A program made the position numbers and the translations under genes. From Bispira polyomma (lineage: Eukaryota): a stretch of 64,000 nucleotides of DNA. The stretch is taken from the NCBI GenBank assembly GCA_965649765.1, contig OZ287754.1, positions 62,620,001 through 62,684,000 of the forward strand, read 5' to 3'. This document shows positions 38,439-50,307 of the stretch, in pieces (within the stretch, counting starts at the first letter, position 1; every line of letters begins with the position of its first letter). The notes below the pieces were generated by a model. That model was not told where the DNA came from and did not search any database. It saw only the letters and a list, made by a program, of their open reading frames with translations.

Positions 38439-40226
38439 GCACCTAAGAGGTTCTGGGTGAAACCATTACTCAGGGATGAGAGGAGCACAGTCACTACTCA
38501 GTACTTCTGCCATGGATGGAGGCACAAGATGCACGGTTGTGCAATCTTAAACCCCTGTAAGTAGAATTCTCCCCTTTAATTTTAAAACCAAGTATAAAAA
38601 AGTCAAACCCCTTTGTATAGAAGTCTGTTAAATTGTGTGTGCGTGACAAAAGTAATTTATAGGGCCTGTATGTAACAAGGGGAGTGTAACAAGGTAATAT
38701 TTAGGTTTAATTAGGGGGTACCAAAATTTTTTAATTTAACAACAGGAATCTATGTTATCTATGTTACTGTGTTACTACTAACTCAAACTGAATAAAAGGT
38801 AGTTTAATTTTTTATATTATTATTTTTTTTTTTTTCAAATTTTTTTTTCAATTTTTTTTTTTTTTCAATTTTATTTCTTTCTTGTCATTAAATTGGTACG
38901 CCTGGGCGTACTGGTGTTAATGGTAGCTACGCCCCTGTGAGTTATATGTGTTTTTTTATATCTATCTATTTTATTTTACATTATTTTAGTATTTTAATCT
39001 CTACTATGCTCTAGTCATGCCTGTATTTGATTTTATGAAATGTAATAAAAAGCTAGAGCTGTACAAAATGGCGGCCTAACCATGCATGGTTTGCTAACCT
39101 GTAACTAAAGGTGATTTTGAAACAATATTTCTATTATGTTGCCAAGTGCAGGCCAAAACATTCGTACATATAGGCATAACACAGATACCTGCCCATGGGG
39201 CCCACTGCTAAGTCAGTGTTTAGCCAAAATCTTTTTGTCTGCTAAGTCAGACTGGCTAAAGTTGTGTTTATTTTAATTTATTTCATCTAAAAAAATACAA
39301 AGTGTCGTTTATTTACATTTACATAATGATATTACTGATAATGTACAGTTCAATCTATACTTTTGTTGATTTATCGAATCTTAATTCACTTGCTTATAGC
39401 ATATTTTGCATGGTGGTCTGACCAAGTCAGTCTCTTCTAAATTCTACAAGCGCTTCTTAAGAACAGTACATAAAAAGTATCTGTAAAAAAGTTTCCTTCC
39501 AGGGGCATAAGGTCCCCTTCCAGTCTCCTAAGTATAGAATGTACTCGTTCGCTTTAACATACAATTTGAAAGCTTAAAGTCAAAACTTAAAGTGACATTT
39601 CAATTTATAATTTGAAACCCTACTCACCTGAACTTATTTCAGCTGAAGTTCAGGCTTATCCTTAACTCGAAATATATTCAAAGTTAGCCTTAACTTTAAT
39701 TTATCTCTGTATGTTCAGCCTTAAACTTATTCACTGAAATCTCACTCAATGGAAGTGAAACTTAGACTAAAGTTATGGTGACTTTATGCTCTCATCTTCT
39801 CCTGATGTGATAACTGTATATAAACTATTTCAGTCGTCTCATATTATATTATATATAATAAACATTTAACCACAGTCTCTTACTTCTGTGTCTTCAAATA
39901 TCACATAAGTTTAAAATTTATCCCCTCAACTTGTCCCCAGAGGAACTGAATTATTAACTCCACACAAGACATTAATTTAGAAATACAACAACTAAGGGGT
40001 AAAAACAGCATATTCGTTGATGTTTTGTGGCGAGTATACTCATCCTAACGAAGGAATAATGTATTTAATGAAAAATCATATAATAATAATAATAATGCAT
40101 TTTTAACGCGCTTTATTGATGCCAGGCATCTTCTAAAGCGCAACAGCAGAATATACATAGGGATGTGTTAATTCAGTATTCTAACTTCAACTTACATATA
40201 TAATTACATGTGCAACCACAGCAACA

Positions 40227-41127
40227 CTGGGCCAAGCTGCAATTGTTAGGATTCACTCAGCTCTGAGACCATCTACCACAGCAACCTATTCAACAGAGTT
40301 CAAGACAGTCTTATCATTTCTGCATTATGTCAACATGCCTAACACATCTGTGCATTCAAGCCTAGCATTCTTAGAATACTTGGTGCAGAACAATCTTTTA
40401 CCTAAGTTAAAAAAAATAACTATCTTGCAGCCTCAAAATCTGGCTTAGACTTTCATTTCATTTTCACCGCAATGCCATTTATCTTTTTACTATAAGGTTG
40501 ACACACACTTCTACTTTTAGATCTGCCCCCAAAAAGGGTTTTTGAGCTTCACCACTCTCATTTCTCAGGCTTGTGAAATTTTAAATGATCCAATCCTGTA
40601 AAGAGCCACCTTTCTGCTAGCATTTCATGGCTTCCTCAGAATGTCTAATATAGCTCCTCATTCAAGAACAAAATTTGACTCCTCCAGGCACCTGCTGCGT
40701 CAGGACATGATTTTTGGCCCTCCAGGGGATCATGCAGTACAACTTCCCATCATTAAAGTCCTATCATCTCCTCCCTGTGAATGCTCTGACAACTTTACTC
40801 AGATATATAAACCTCCCTTTTTATTCTCCACTGTTTGCAGCCTCCTCACCTCTATACTCACCTATTGTGGACTCCGACACTAGAACTTCCTTAAAACATA
40901 TACTTCAGCACCTTGGAATTGACCCTTCATTCCATGGTTTCCACACTTTGTACAGGTCCGGTGCCACTCTAGCACTCAACAACATTGTTTCCCTACAGAA
41001 TAATATGGCCCAAGGATTGTGGCGCAGTTCCACTGTGTGGTCCTACCTTAAGGCAACATCACAGGCTGTTTCAGTTATCCCTTCCACCTTCCACCAGCAT
41101 CCCCTCTTCCTGTTAGTTTGGGTTTAA
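40227..41127 (+). pseudogene. Tyrosine recombinase remnant (copy 2)
   Basis: Duplicate of 32780-33680 at +7447. Confidence 0.85.
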
Positions 41128-44100
41128 GTTTATTTAAAAATTAAAATAAACTTTTACATTTTAAACTAACTCACATATTTACATGTAAGGCTGTATATAC
41201 ATACTAACTTTGTACAAAATAAAACCTAAACGTATACTTTTTTTTACAACCTTTCTTACCCTTTATGTTAAGGTCAATACCTTTCCTTTACTTACACTTT
41301 GAACTGATAATAAATTAAACATTATATAACATTGCTAATGTGTTTATTTATGTTTTTGAACCAAATGTATTATGTTGCATACACAAGAAACTGCAGTGCC
41401 CTATAGTGACCTTGAAGTTGAAGGCAAATACACTAAAAATAACCATTGGGAATATGAGTTCATTCTAATTTGTTATTCTAGTTTTATGTACACACTTTGA
41501 GGACTAAGGCCACCAAGGTTTAAAGTGGTACTGAAGTCACCCCTTGAAAAAAGATTAAGTTAAATATTAAAATGTTTAAGGCCACCTTAAAGTGAATTCA
41601 ATATTTGGGGTCATCTTAACTTAAGATACCATTTGAACTTAGTTTGACGCAATGTGAAATGCAAGATGGTGATTTAAGTTAGAGTTACCTTAATGAGTTT
41701 AGATTTATTTGAGTTTGAGTTTACAAAATAGAGGTGACCTTAGTCTGAGGTAACATGAATATATAATTTTTAGTATATGGTTGAGTAAAAACAACACATA
41801 ACAACAGTGAAGATGTAAAATAACAAAAAACCCTGTTCTAGGTAAAAGACTAGCAATTATGTAAAAGCACATGTGAGTTATTGTCCCATGTAAGACTTAA
41901 GGAGATGCACCACCATCTTACTAAGACTTACATGCTTGCCTATCACAGGGACATACCACAGAGTTTGCAAATGGATGAAAATCGGGTTACAATGATGCAT
42001 TAAGGTATTTGCTGTAACACGTCACGTCCAGTTAAGCTTGACTTGCTAGTTGAGACAGCGTCTTGATTGTTGATCACTTGTTTCATGTGATCTAAAACTA
42101 CACACTCTCGGTTAAGACATGTTTGATGTATTACATTCACATGGTATTACTATTTCACATGTTATACACATGTACACAATTTGACAACAATTTTTTCTTT
42201 TGACATACAATTGATAATAAAGTTGTATCCTCTCCAGCAGCAGAGCTATTAAAAGTGAGACTGTTTTTACCCAGTAATATTTTTAAAGACTAGAAGGTGA
42301 GAGCCCTGAGGACACCCAAGGGAGAACCAAAGTGCCACACTGTCGTCGAGCTAAGTTGCTGACATTTCTAAGTCTCACCCGGAACACTGTGACCAAAACA
42401 AATTGTGTGCAGTTGACTTCGTTTCCAAATAAACTAACTTTAAAACAGTTTAATGCAATCCAGGATTTTTACAATGGATGCATGTTGATACATAAATGAA
42501 CCAACATTCAAGACTGAAGATACTAACAAATAGGTTGGTAAGCAAGACACCTTTAGGCACTGCTACATTAGTCCACAACACTTTAGTTGTGCTTAATCAT
42601 AAACTTTGCTCTGTCACTTTACACTTCATATTTACTTTATGTCTATCCCCTCAAGAGCCAATCATATTGCTGGGCCCCTTATTTAGCTTCCACTATTTCA
42701 AGCTTCCTTTTGTTGTTAAATTTTAAAGCAACAACACAAAGAGAATTTTTATTTTTACTTTTTCTTTTTCTATACATGGACATTTTATACAAGTTATTTT
42801 AGAACGGTTTTAGTGTAGACACGTTTGGTAAAGATGGTAATGGTGCTTATTAGTATTGGAAGATGTTAATCAAGATGCATGGGTCGTACAAAGCAAACAC
42901 CTATTCATACTACAGTAAAACCACAAAAGCCGACAACAAGAAAACAGAAGGTGATGAGCATTTATGGGGAGGTCACAGCTCACCAGGTAACTTATTATTC
43001 TGTTGTAACACACCTCTAAATCCAATTCAATGAGACGGCTACGTACTCTCTGATGGAATCGGATCCCTACCCGATTAACATACAAAGCCATTCCGGCTCC
43101 ACGAATGAGAGGTCTCACCAGATATCTCACAGCTATATTAACAGCCACAATTATGCTCCCAGTGACAATTCTAGTTATCTTAAGAAGGCTTGAAACGTCC
43201 AACATATCACTGTCAGAACAGATAGAGAGGGTCAAGATTAGAATAGTTACCAATACCACTCCTGTAGTATTACTGAGTCACATGATTCAACTGGAGTATT
43301 TAACATGGCGTATACAGGAAGCTGCTCTCCTCCTGGTACATACTCACGTGTTAAATCAATACAGTCATGCATGGCATCTGATTCCACCTGTGCAGCCACA
43401 ACTGGGTGTGATACCACATGAATACTAACAAGACAGAAATTTCTCGAGTGTAGCTGTCCTCATATCGCTACCCAACATCCAATCAGCACTGTCGCGTTAA
43501 CTGGTAGAATATAAAACTCACCGAACATTACTTCAAGGTAGACAGAACTCTGATATCAAGTGAAGTAGGTTCAATAACACAGATTTAACCACCATTGATG
43601 GTTGGTTCAGATGGCTAAACAAGGCTAAACTTCCCTGTCAAGGTGCTTGCTCCGATCACAGCACAAACGATGTGAAGGTAACATGCAACCTATTCAACAA
43701 TGGCAAGTGTTCCTATAAGACTGATCATGATAATTACAAGCATAATTACTGGTAATGTGCTATGGTATCGGAAAATAATAAAACCATCCAGAATTAATTC
43801 CTAAAAAGCATATTCTAACAAACAAGCTGACACTCTGACAGTTACTAAATAGGAAAGTATTCTATTACCAGAATAACTGAACTCAGGGGAAAAATCAGTC
43901 AAAAATTATAAAATTGAAAGAGAACAGTCTTGCTGTTGCTAGCAAGCTCATTGATACTAAGGGTAAGCAGTAAGTGCATCTCATTAAAAATCATAATATA
44001 CATGAGGGCATTATAATATCAAATTTGTAGACAAAATTGGTGCAGTGTCTATATAGTGAATTTGGAAGAAAATAAAAGGTTGAATAATGAGAAACAAATG

Positions 44101-45296
44101 TTATAGAATCCAGAGATAGTGTTTTTGCATAACTGCATTATCCAAGATGATAAGAATCATATGAGCCAGAAACCCGAGGTATTTTCCACAGCAAAGGTTA
44201 TTAAAGCCTGTAATAATATACTATAAATAACACATAATGTCAACAATGTGACTGCAGTAGACATTACTGTTCTGATCAAGGACAGTAAAGCTGATTTCAA
44301 ACAAAGTAGAATCCGTACAATCTGTGGTTTAATCATACCTTATTCTAAAATCTGCCTAATTAAAAATGATTCAAACTGAGAGTACTGGCAATCCTCTTAA
44401 CAGGCGAGCTAGAGATATCAATGGCCACAGTAAGGAAATTGAGTTTATGGCACTTTTACCCACGAATGGATCCTTATGGGCAATCCTATCACTATAAATT
44501 CAGTTAAAAAAATAACAGATATTGTTAGAGACACAGTCGCAGCAAATTATTCACAGGCCAGAAAACCAATAAGTTCTGGCTTGAAGATCAAAGCTTGGAT
44601 ACAATTATTAAGTAATTACCCTGATGAACATCTGCTGCAAAATGTACAATTTGGTTTTCCATTGTCACTGACAATTATAGGTGCATTTAAACAAAACCCA
44701 ATAACTAATTGCCACCATTCAACACTTATGACCGGACACAAATCAAATGGACGTGTCACAGTAGAACTGAGTTTGCCAATAAATCAATCCCTTAATGCAG
44801 GATGTGCATGAAATTTATTGGGGTGCAGATTTAAAGCTAAGTTTCTCAACTATTGAGAATCTCACACGGGAAAAGGCGCACTTATATACAAGCTCAACCT
44901 TAGCCAAGCATTTAAAAATTGTTGCCATGTGCTGTGACCTATTTTGTTCAGCATCCGGGAGTCATTATTGTAGCTAATATTGTAGCAATGCGTCACATGA
45001 TGCCTCAACCTGAATATAGCATCCTAAATTATATTGACGAATTAATTTGGTACTACAACACCCCCAAAGTAGCCAAAAACTAAAAATTCACTCTCAGCAA
45101 ACAAGCAGTGTGTTTGGGGGTACTTGTTGATACAACCCAAGGTACAGTTTTTATTTGAGATGAAAAATTAGAGCAAATATATGTGACAACCACAATCCTT
45201 GTTAGAACAGTTGTAAGACCACAAGTGTGAAAAAAATACTAGCAAAGTGTAACTAATCCAAACAAAAAAGTTTCACTGACAATTATAAAAGAGTTA

Positions 45297-47240
45297 GTAT
45301 TTTGCCCCAATTTTGAAAAAAAATCCAGAAATTTTACGTCCCACAACTATAATCGTAATGGTTCCTGACTGGCACCATATGTTGGGAGCAAGGCCTAATA
45401 GATTTGGACAGATTGGGGATTCGGCTCCAAAAATATCCTCCTGTTTAACCAAGATAGGATGTTACTACCAGTTACGACCATAAAGTTCGTCCAAAATAGT
45501 TCGGTACCTAAATCGTACCTAAATCGTTATAGGTCAATTCCGATTACTCTCTACCACGATGAGAAAGATCTTTAATTTTGCAATCGGATGACATACGGAA
45601 CATTATGATTCACCTCCAAAACCATATATAGAGGGGCAGAGCACACAAATTCAGATAGTTTTTATTGGGAAGTCAACTCAGCAATATGATACCCCAAAGG
45701 ATTATAGATATTGCCCTAATTCTACAAGCTTTGTTAGCATTTATGCAAATACAATTACTTGCACTTAAAAATTTTAAAGCTCAACGAAGAAGACAAAATC
45801 TCATACCAGCACAGAATCATAATAATCAGGAGAGCCAGACAAAATCTCATACCAGCACAGAATCATAATAATCAGGAGAGCCAGAGCACCTAAGAGGTTC
45901 TGGGTGAAACCATTACTCAGGGATGAGAGGAGCACAGTCACTACTCAGTACTTCTGCCATGGATGGAGGCACAAGATGCACGGTTGTGCAATCTTAAACC
46001 CCTGTAAGTAGAATTCTCCCCTTTAATTTTAAAACCAAGTATAAAAAAGTCAAACCCCTTTGTATAGAAGTCTGTTAAATTGTGTGTGCATGACAAAAGT
46101 AATTTATAGGGCCTGTATGCTTCTTGTATTGAGGGTTTATTTTTTTCATTTTTAACAAACAGCTTAAATAATGTTTTTGAAACATTTGGGTGGCCCTGAA
46201 AAGGGCTGCTTGGTGGTCACATGACTGGCGGAGGAGGAGAGGAGTGGCTGGTCATCGGTGGTGGTGGTAGTGGTTGATTATGTTGAAGCGGTGGTGATTG
46301 GGGTGGTGTCATCTGTTGGTAGCCATATGTCAGCATTTTCCACGAAGCCTGCAGGAGTCCTAATGTGTTGGTCCTGTTAGGTGTGTTTAAATCGAGTCGT
46401 CTGACAAATGAGGAAGCTCCCGAGGTATTCAGGATGTCACTGTTGTCCACTGACATTGCACATACTGACAGTGGACCTACTGATGGTGGGTTATAGCAGG
46501 CTCCACTAGTCAAGCTGCCTCCAGATATCACTTGATGGCCGGGACGCGGTGGCCTAGTGGTTAGCAAGCATTGCGCTTCACAATCACTGGTCTCTCACCT
46601 CTGGGCGGCGTGAGTTCGAATCCCGTCGATACCTATGTGGGAAAGGTGGTAGTTCCTTACTGTGGGCCGCTGGTTTCTCTGCAGAACCTTGACCGACTGT
46701 ATGCAGTGTTTCCTCCAGCGTTTCCAACTACCCGTCCCAATATAACCTACTAAAAGGTACTAGAGTGGACGTTAAATATCCAAATTCAAATCACTTGATG
46801 GCCCTGCTGACTGGTGCTGGGCATGAATGCTAATGCTTGTGTTGTAATCAAATGTGGCACCGGCTGTGGCTGTTGCTGTGAAGGAGGCTGGGGTATTAGT
46901 TGTTGCTGTTGTGGCGGTTGTTGTTGATAAATGTAGTATCCCTGCTGTGATGATGAGGTATATAAGCATGATGTCCCAGGAAGGAACGTTCTGTCAGTTT
47001 CTCTGTCTCCTTACTCAACAAGTTCATATAGTCTCTTCCAGCTTCCTCGTCTTTGGGTTTCTTTGCCTCCGCCAGGATCCCTGTAATAGTCTGATCCATC
47101 CTCCCAATGGAATCGGCTAACTCAATCCTGATCTGCCTCTCCTGTCTCTCCTGGATAGGGGTAGAGGATCCAAAGGCTGAAGACTTTTTGTGAGGCCAGG
47201 TTGGACGACTCTATTTCACCCTGGTGTGTCTCGGAGTGGG
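45297..47240. mobile_element. Internally deleted Harbinger-like element 1 (transposase N-terminus on +, probable convergent ORF2 C-terminus on -); copies at 53113-55056 and 60929-62872, partial at 37850-38672
   Basis: RRARAPKRFWVKPLL..HYSVLLPWMEAQDA parallels the Harbinger N-terminus at 49620-49740. The minus-strand DQTITGILAEAKKPKDEEAGRDYMNLLSKETEKLTERSF plus a Pro/Thr-rich tail fits a Harbinger accessory ORF2 C-terminus (inference). Termini not identified. Confidence 0.5.
46537..46789 (+). mobile_element. Full-length tRNA-derived SINE with TSD (copy 1)
   Basis: A box TGGCCTAGTGG, B box GTTCGAATCC, tail CAAATTCAAA. Direct repeat ATCACTTGAT(GGCC) at 46527-46540 and 46790-46803. Confidence 0.9.
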
Positions 47241-48391
47241 ATAATGCAAGAAGAGAGTCACAAGGGGAAAAAAAATTATATATTAAACCACATTTTTTTA
47301 CATTTGATTACGTATTGTAAAATGGTGGGCTGTCCAGCACCCGTGTACCCATCTTTTGTGCAATGTTCCACATAAAACACGCAGTATAATCCACAGTAGG
47401 TTGTTTACTTCCTTCCTGTGATCACCCTTGACATTCTTGTGTATCAAAATGTAAATAGCTTAGCTATTACTCAACGGATTAATCACATTCAAATAAGCTG
47501 TCTGACTATATTTTTTATAAAACGTTTACCTTCTGTAAATTCTCAAACTTTACCAAATATTTGGCATTTGTTATTTGGTATTTTTAAACAGATTTTGTTT
47601 TTCAAACTTTCAGTAGTCGCTCATTTGAATAAAAATCAATGGTTCAACATTTTAGCATTGGAATAAAATACTTAACCTATCCCTGGGGTTAAATTAATTC
47701 CACAATAATTGTTTCTAATAAGCATACAACATTCTTTTATATATTTAATTCCAATAACAACAGAATTATGTGCATATGGAAACAAGCCATGAACTCCTTA
47801 AGAGTTGATATATAATAGATATGTCTGATGAGACACACCATTACTTAGGAAGTACACAGGATTCATAGGGTACCCATATAAATTATGTAATGGCGATAAA
47901 AATCTTTATAATAATGCTATTCATGAGCAAATACAGTGCACAAGAATAAATTCAACAGTTTTTACAAGTAGACAAAACCAACAAAGATAAACCCACTCCT
48001 TCGATCGTTTAGAATGTGCGCACATAACACGTTTTCTCTAATTTTTATATCCCAACACAAAAGGTTTTTATGCCATTATGTAGTTTAATCTCATATTGCA
48101 GTACTTACTTTTCAAATATGGGAAATAGCTCTTCATATATCTCTGTCTCTATACAAATTGATATGTAATAGATTTTCTATGTGAGGAAAATTTAGTGATT
48201 CTTATAAAATCAAGGGGTTGGATTATTAAAAAGAGAAATAAAGTCAACACCAAAGGTAGGTGAAGTACTTTATACTATTGTTGGAGTAATCCTTATTAAA
48301 TATTATTTTTCAATTTCATATCTGGCATTCAACAAAGGTCTAAAGTACATCTTAAAGCTAAATATATAATATTTTGTTAATTATATTGGAC

Positions 48392-48600
48392 CTTGTTGGC
48401 GCAGTGCTAACACGCTAGTCTCCCACCTCTGTGGTCTTGGTTTAAATCTGGGTTGAGGGTTTAAATGGGAAGGTTGGCAGTTACTTGCTGATGGTGGATG
48501 GTTTACAGTGTGAAATATTGACTAGCTAGTATACACTGGTTTCCTCCAGCATTAAAACATGATATTACCCATACAATATTTTAAAAGCGACTCAAAGAAT
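48392..48600 (+). mobile_element. Older related tRNA-derived SINE (copy at 56208-56416)
   Basis: TGGCGCAGTG A-box-like, TCCCACCTCTG, GGTTTAAATC B-box-like, then GGGAAGGTTGGCAGTTACTT..GGTTT..GGTTTCCTCCAGC, paralleling 46537. Confidence 0.7.
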
Positions 48601-49242
48601 ACAAACTTTCCAGTATGAATTGGATTACACAACAAAAACTACTGAACTTATTTTATTAAACCTCAATCAGACAATAAATGACTGATAGATTAATTATCCA
48701 ATGGTTGTCAGATAAAGGTCACTTTTTGGCCCAAATGCCCTGGCTCCACCAGATATACGTTAGCTTAGGTAAGTCATGCAACAGTCGTGTAAATACTTGA
48801 TACAAAACGTCATGCAAAACACAAACAATGATTTCTTGATGTTTCTGGCATCAAAAGACGTTTGAATACATGTATTATTACGTCAAAGGCTGCAAGGTCT
48901 TGCAGGGGATGCACAAGTTCACATCAAAGTATGTATTTTAACCCCCGTATGACATGTATGAGTATGCCAATGCACATTCTAGGCCGTCATTTATTAAGTT
49001 GAAGTATGTTTATTACGTCAAGCCACGTCATTTACTACGTTTTTTCTGCGTAAGTCTACTTAATCGCAATGCAACATTAATGTCGTTTATATACATGTGC
49101 TCCTGTCAACTGGTAAGTATATTTACGCTGTATGACGCATCTGACATTGTAAGTCGTCTGTGTACGTCAATGTACGTCGGGACACATTTTTTGAAGTAAA
49201 TACCCGCAAGAGGACGTTGTACTTGACGTTTGCTGGTACGCA

Positions 49243-49503
49243 GAATGACCAGATATATATAGTGAGGTACTGAATTTACTTGTCATTGTCATTGTGGATT
49301 TCAGATAGTTGTGAACTTCATATATACAGAGGAAACATATACATTTGAATAATAATAATTAATTTTCTGAGCTTGAATGACCAGGTATATATAGTGAGAT
49401 ACTGAATTCACTTGTCATTGTGGATTTCAGACAGTGATGATCTCCATATATACAGAGGAAGAATATACACTTGGATAATAATAAATAATTTTCTGAGCTT
49501 GAA
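49243..49503 (+). repeat. Two ~130-bp tandem copies immediately upstream of the Harbinger ATG (copy at 57059-57319)
   Basis: GAATGACCAGRTATATATAGTGAG...TTTTCTGAGCTT starts at 49243 and 49375. Each copy carries a TATA-like TATATATAG. Confidence 0.85.
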
Positions 49504-49505
49504 CA

Positions 49506-50307
49506 ATGGTTCTAGCAAATAAGAAACAACTAGTACTTCTAAATCAGGCCATGCACCTCCAGGTGCAAGGTTTAAACAATGTTGTAAATTTAATGCAACT
49601 TTGTCAGAGGCGGAGGAGTAGGAGACAAAGAATAGAAAGGACAGTTTGGGTTAGGCCATGGCTACTGAGACGTAGGCAATATGGCTACTATGAGAACCTG
49701 ATGGTCAAACTGGAGGCAGAAGATCCATCTACCTACAGAAATTTCATATGTTGTGACCCCCAGTTATTCAGGGAATTTGTGCACAGATTGGAAGGCAGAT
49801 TCAGTCGTCACATGAACAATTATAATAGCTATAGACCACCACTTGACCCTTGCTTGATGTTGGCTATTATCATGAGATATCTGGCCTCTGGACAAAGCTA
49901 CCACAGCCTGATGTATGGGTTCAGGGTTGCCCATATCACCATATCTAGAGTTGTGTGAGGCCATTGAGGGAGAGTACATGGAAGAGGTTATCACCACTCC
50001 TGGTAAAGAGCACGGTTGGCGTAATGTTGCTGCTGTTTTTGCAAACAGATGGAATTTCCATAACACCATTGGTGCCTTAGATGGGAAACACGTGGCCATT
50101 GTCAAACCCAAAGGTTCCAGATCAACGTACTTCAACTACAATAAATTCACATCCATTGTCCTAAATGGCCATGGTTGACGCTGAATATAAGTTTATGTGG
50201 ATAGATGTTGGGGCAAATGGGAGTTGCAGTGATGCAAAGCTTTGGAACTATTCCCCCCTCAAAACCTGCATTAGAAAATCTGTGGCTTACCGTCCCCCCC
50301 CCCCCCC
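49506..50307 (+). pseudogene. PIF/Harbinger transposase (DDE_Tnp_4 type), frameshifted and 3'-truncated (copy 1)
   Basis: VWVRPWL; MRYLASGQSYHSLMYGFRVAHITIS; WNFHNTIGALDGKHVAIVKP.GS.S.YFNYNKFTSIVL; then MVDAEYKFMWIDVGANGSCSD. Ends at the C14 junction. Confidence 0.92.

Larger units (their letters stand above)
31232..46119 (+). repeat. Tandem duplication, 2 x 7447 bp (A+B unit)
   Basis: Identical ORFs offset by 7447 (33194/40641, 35049/42496, 37029/44476, 38218/45665). Junction at 38672-38683. Confidence 0.97.

Noticed and set aside
46541-46630. tRNA gene
   Set aside because: A and B boxes are present, but the spacing is extended with no convincing cloverleaf, and the sequence continues into a body and tail flanked by a TSD. 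It is a SINE head.
47820-47860. Hammerhead ribozyme at CTGATGAG
   Set aside because: No closing stem II or GAAA follows.
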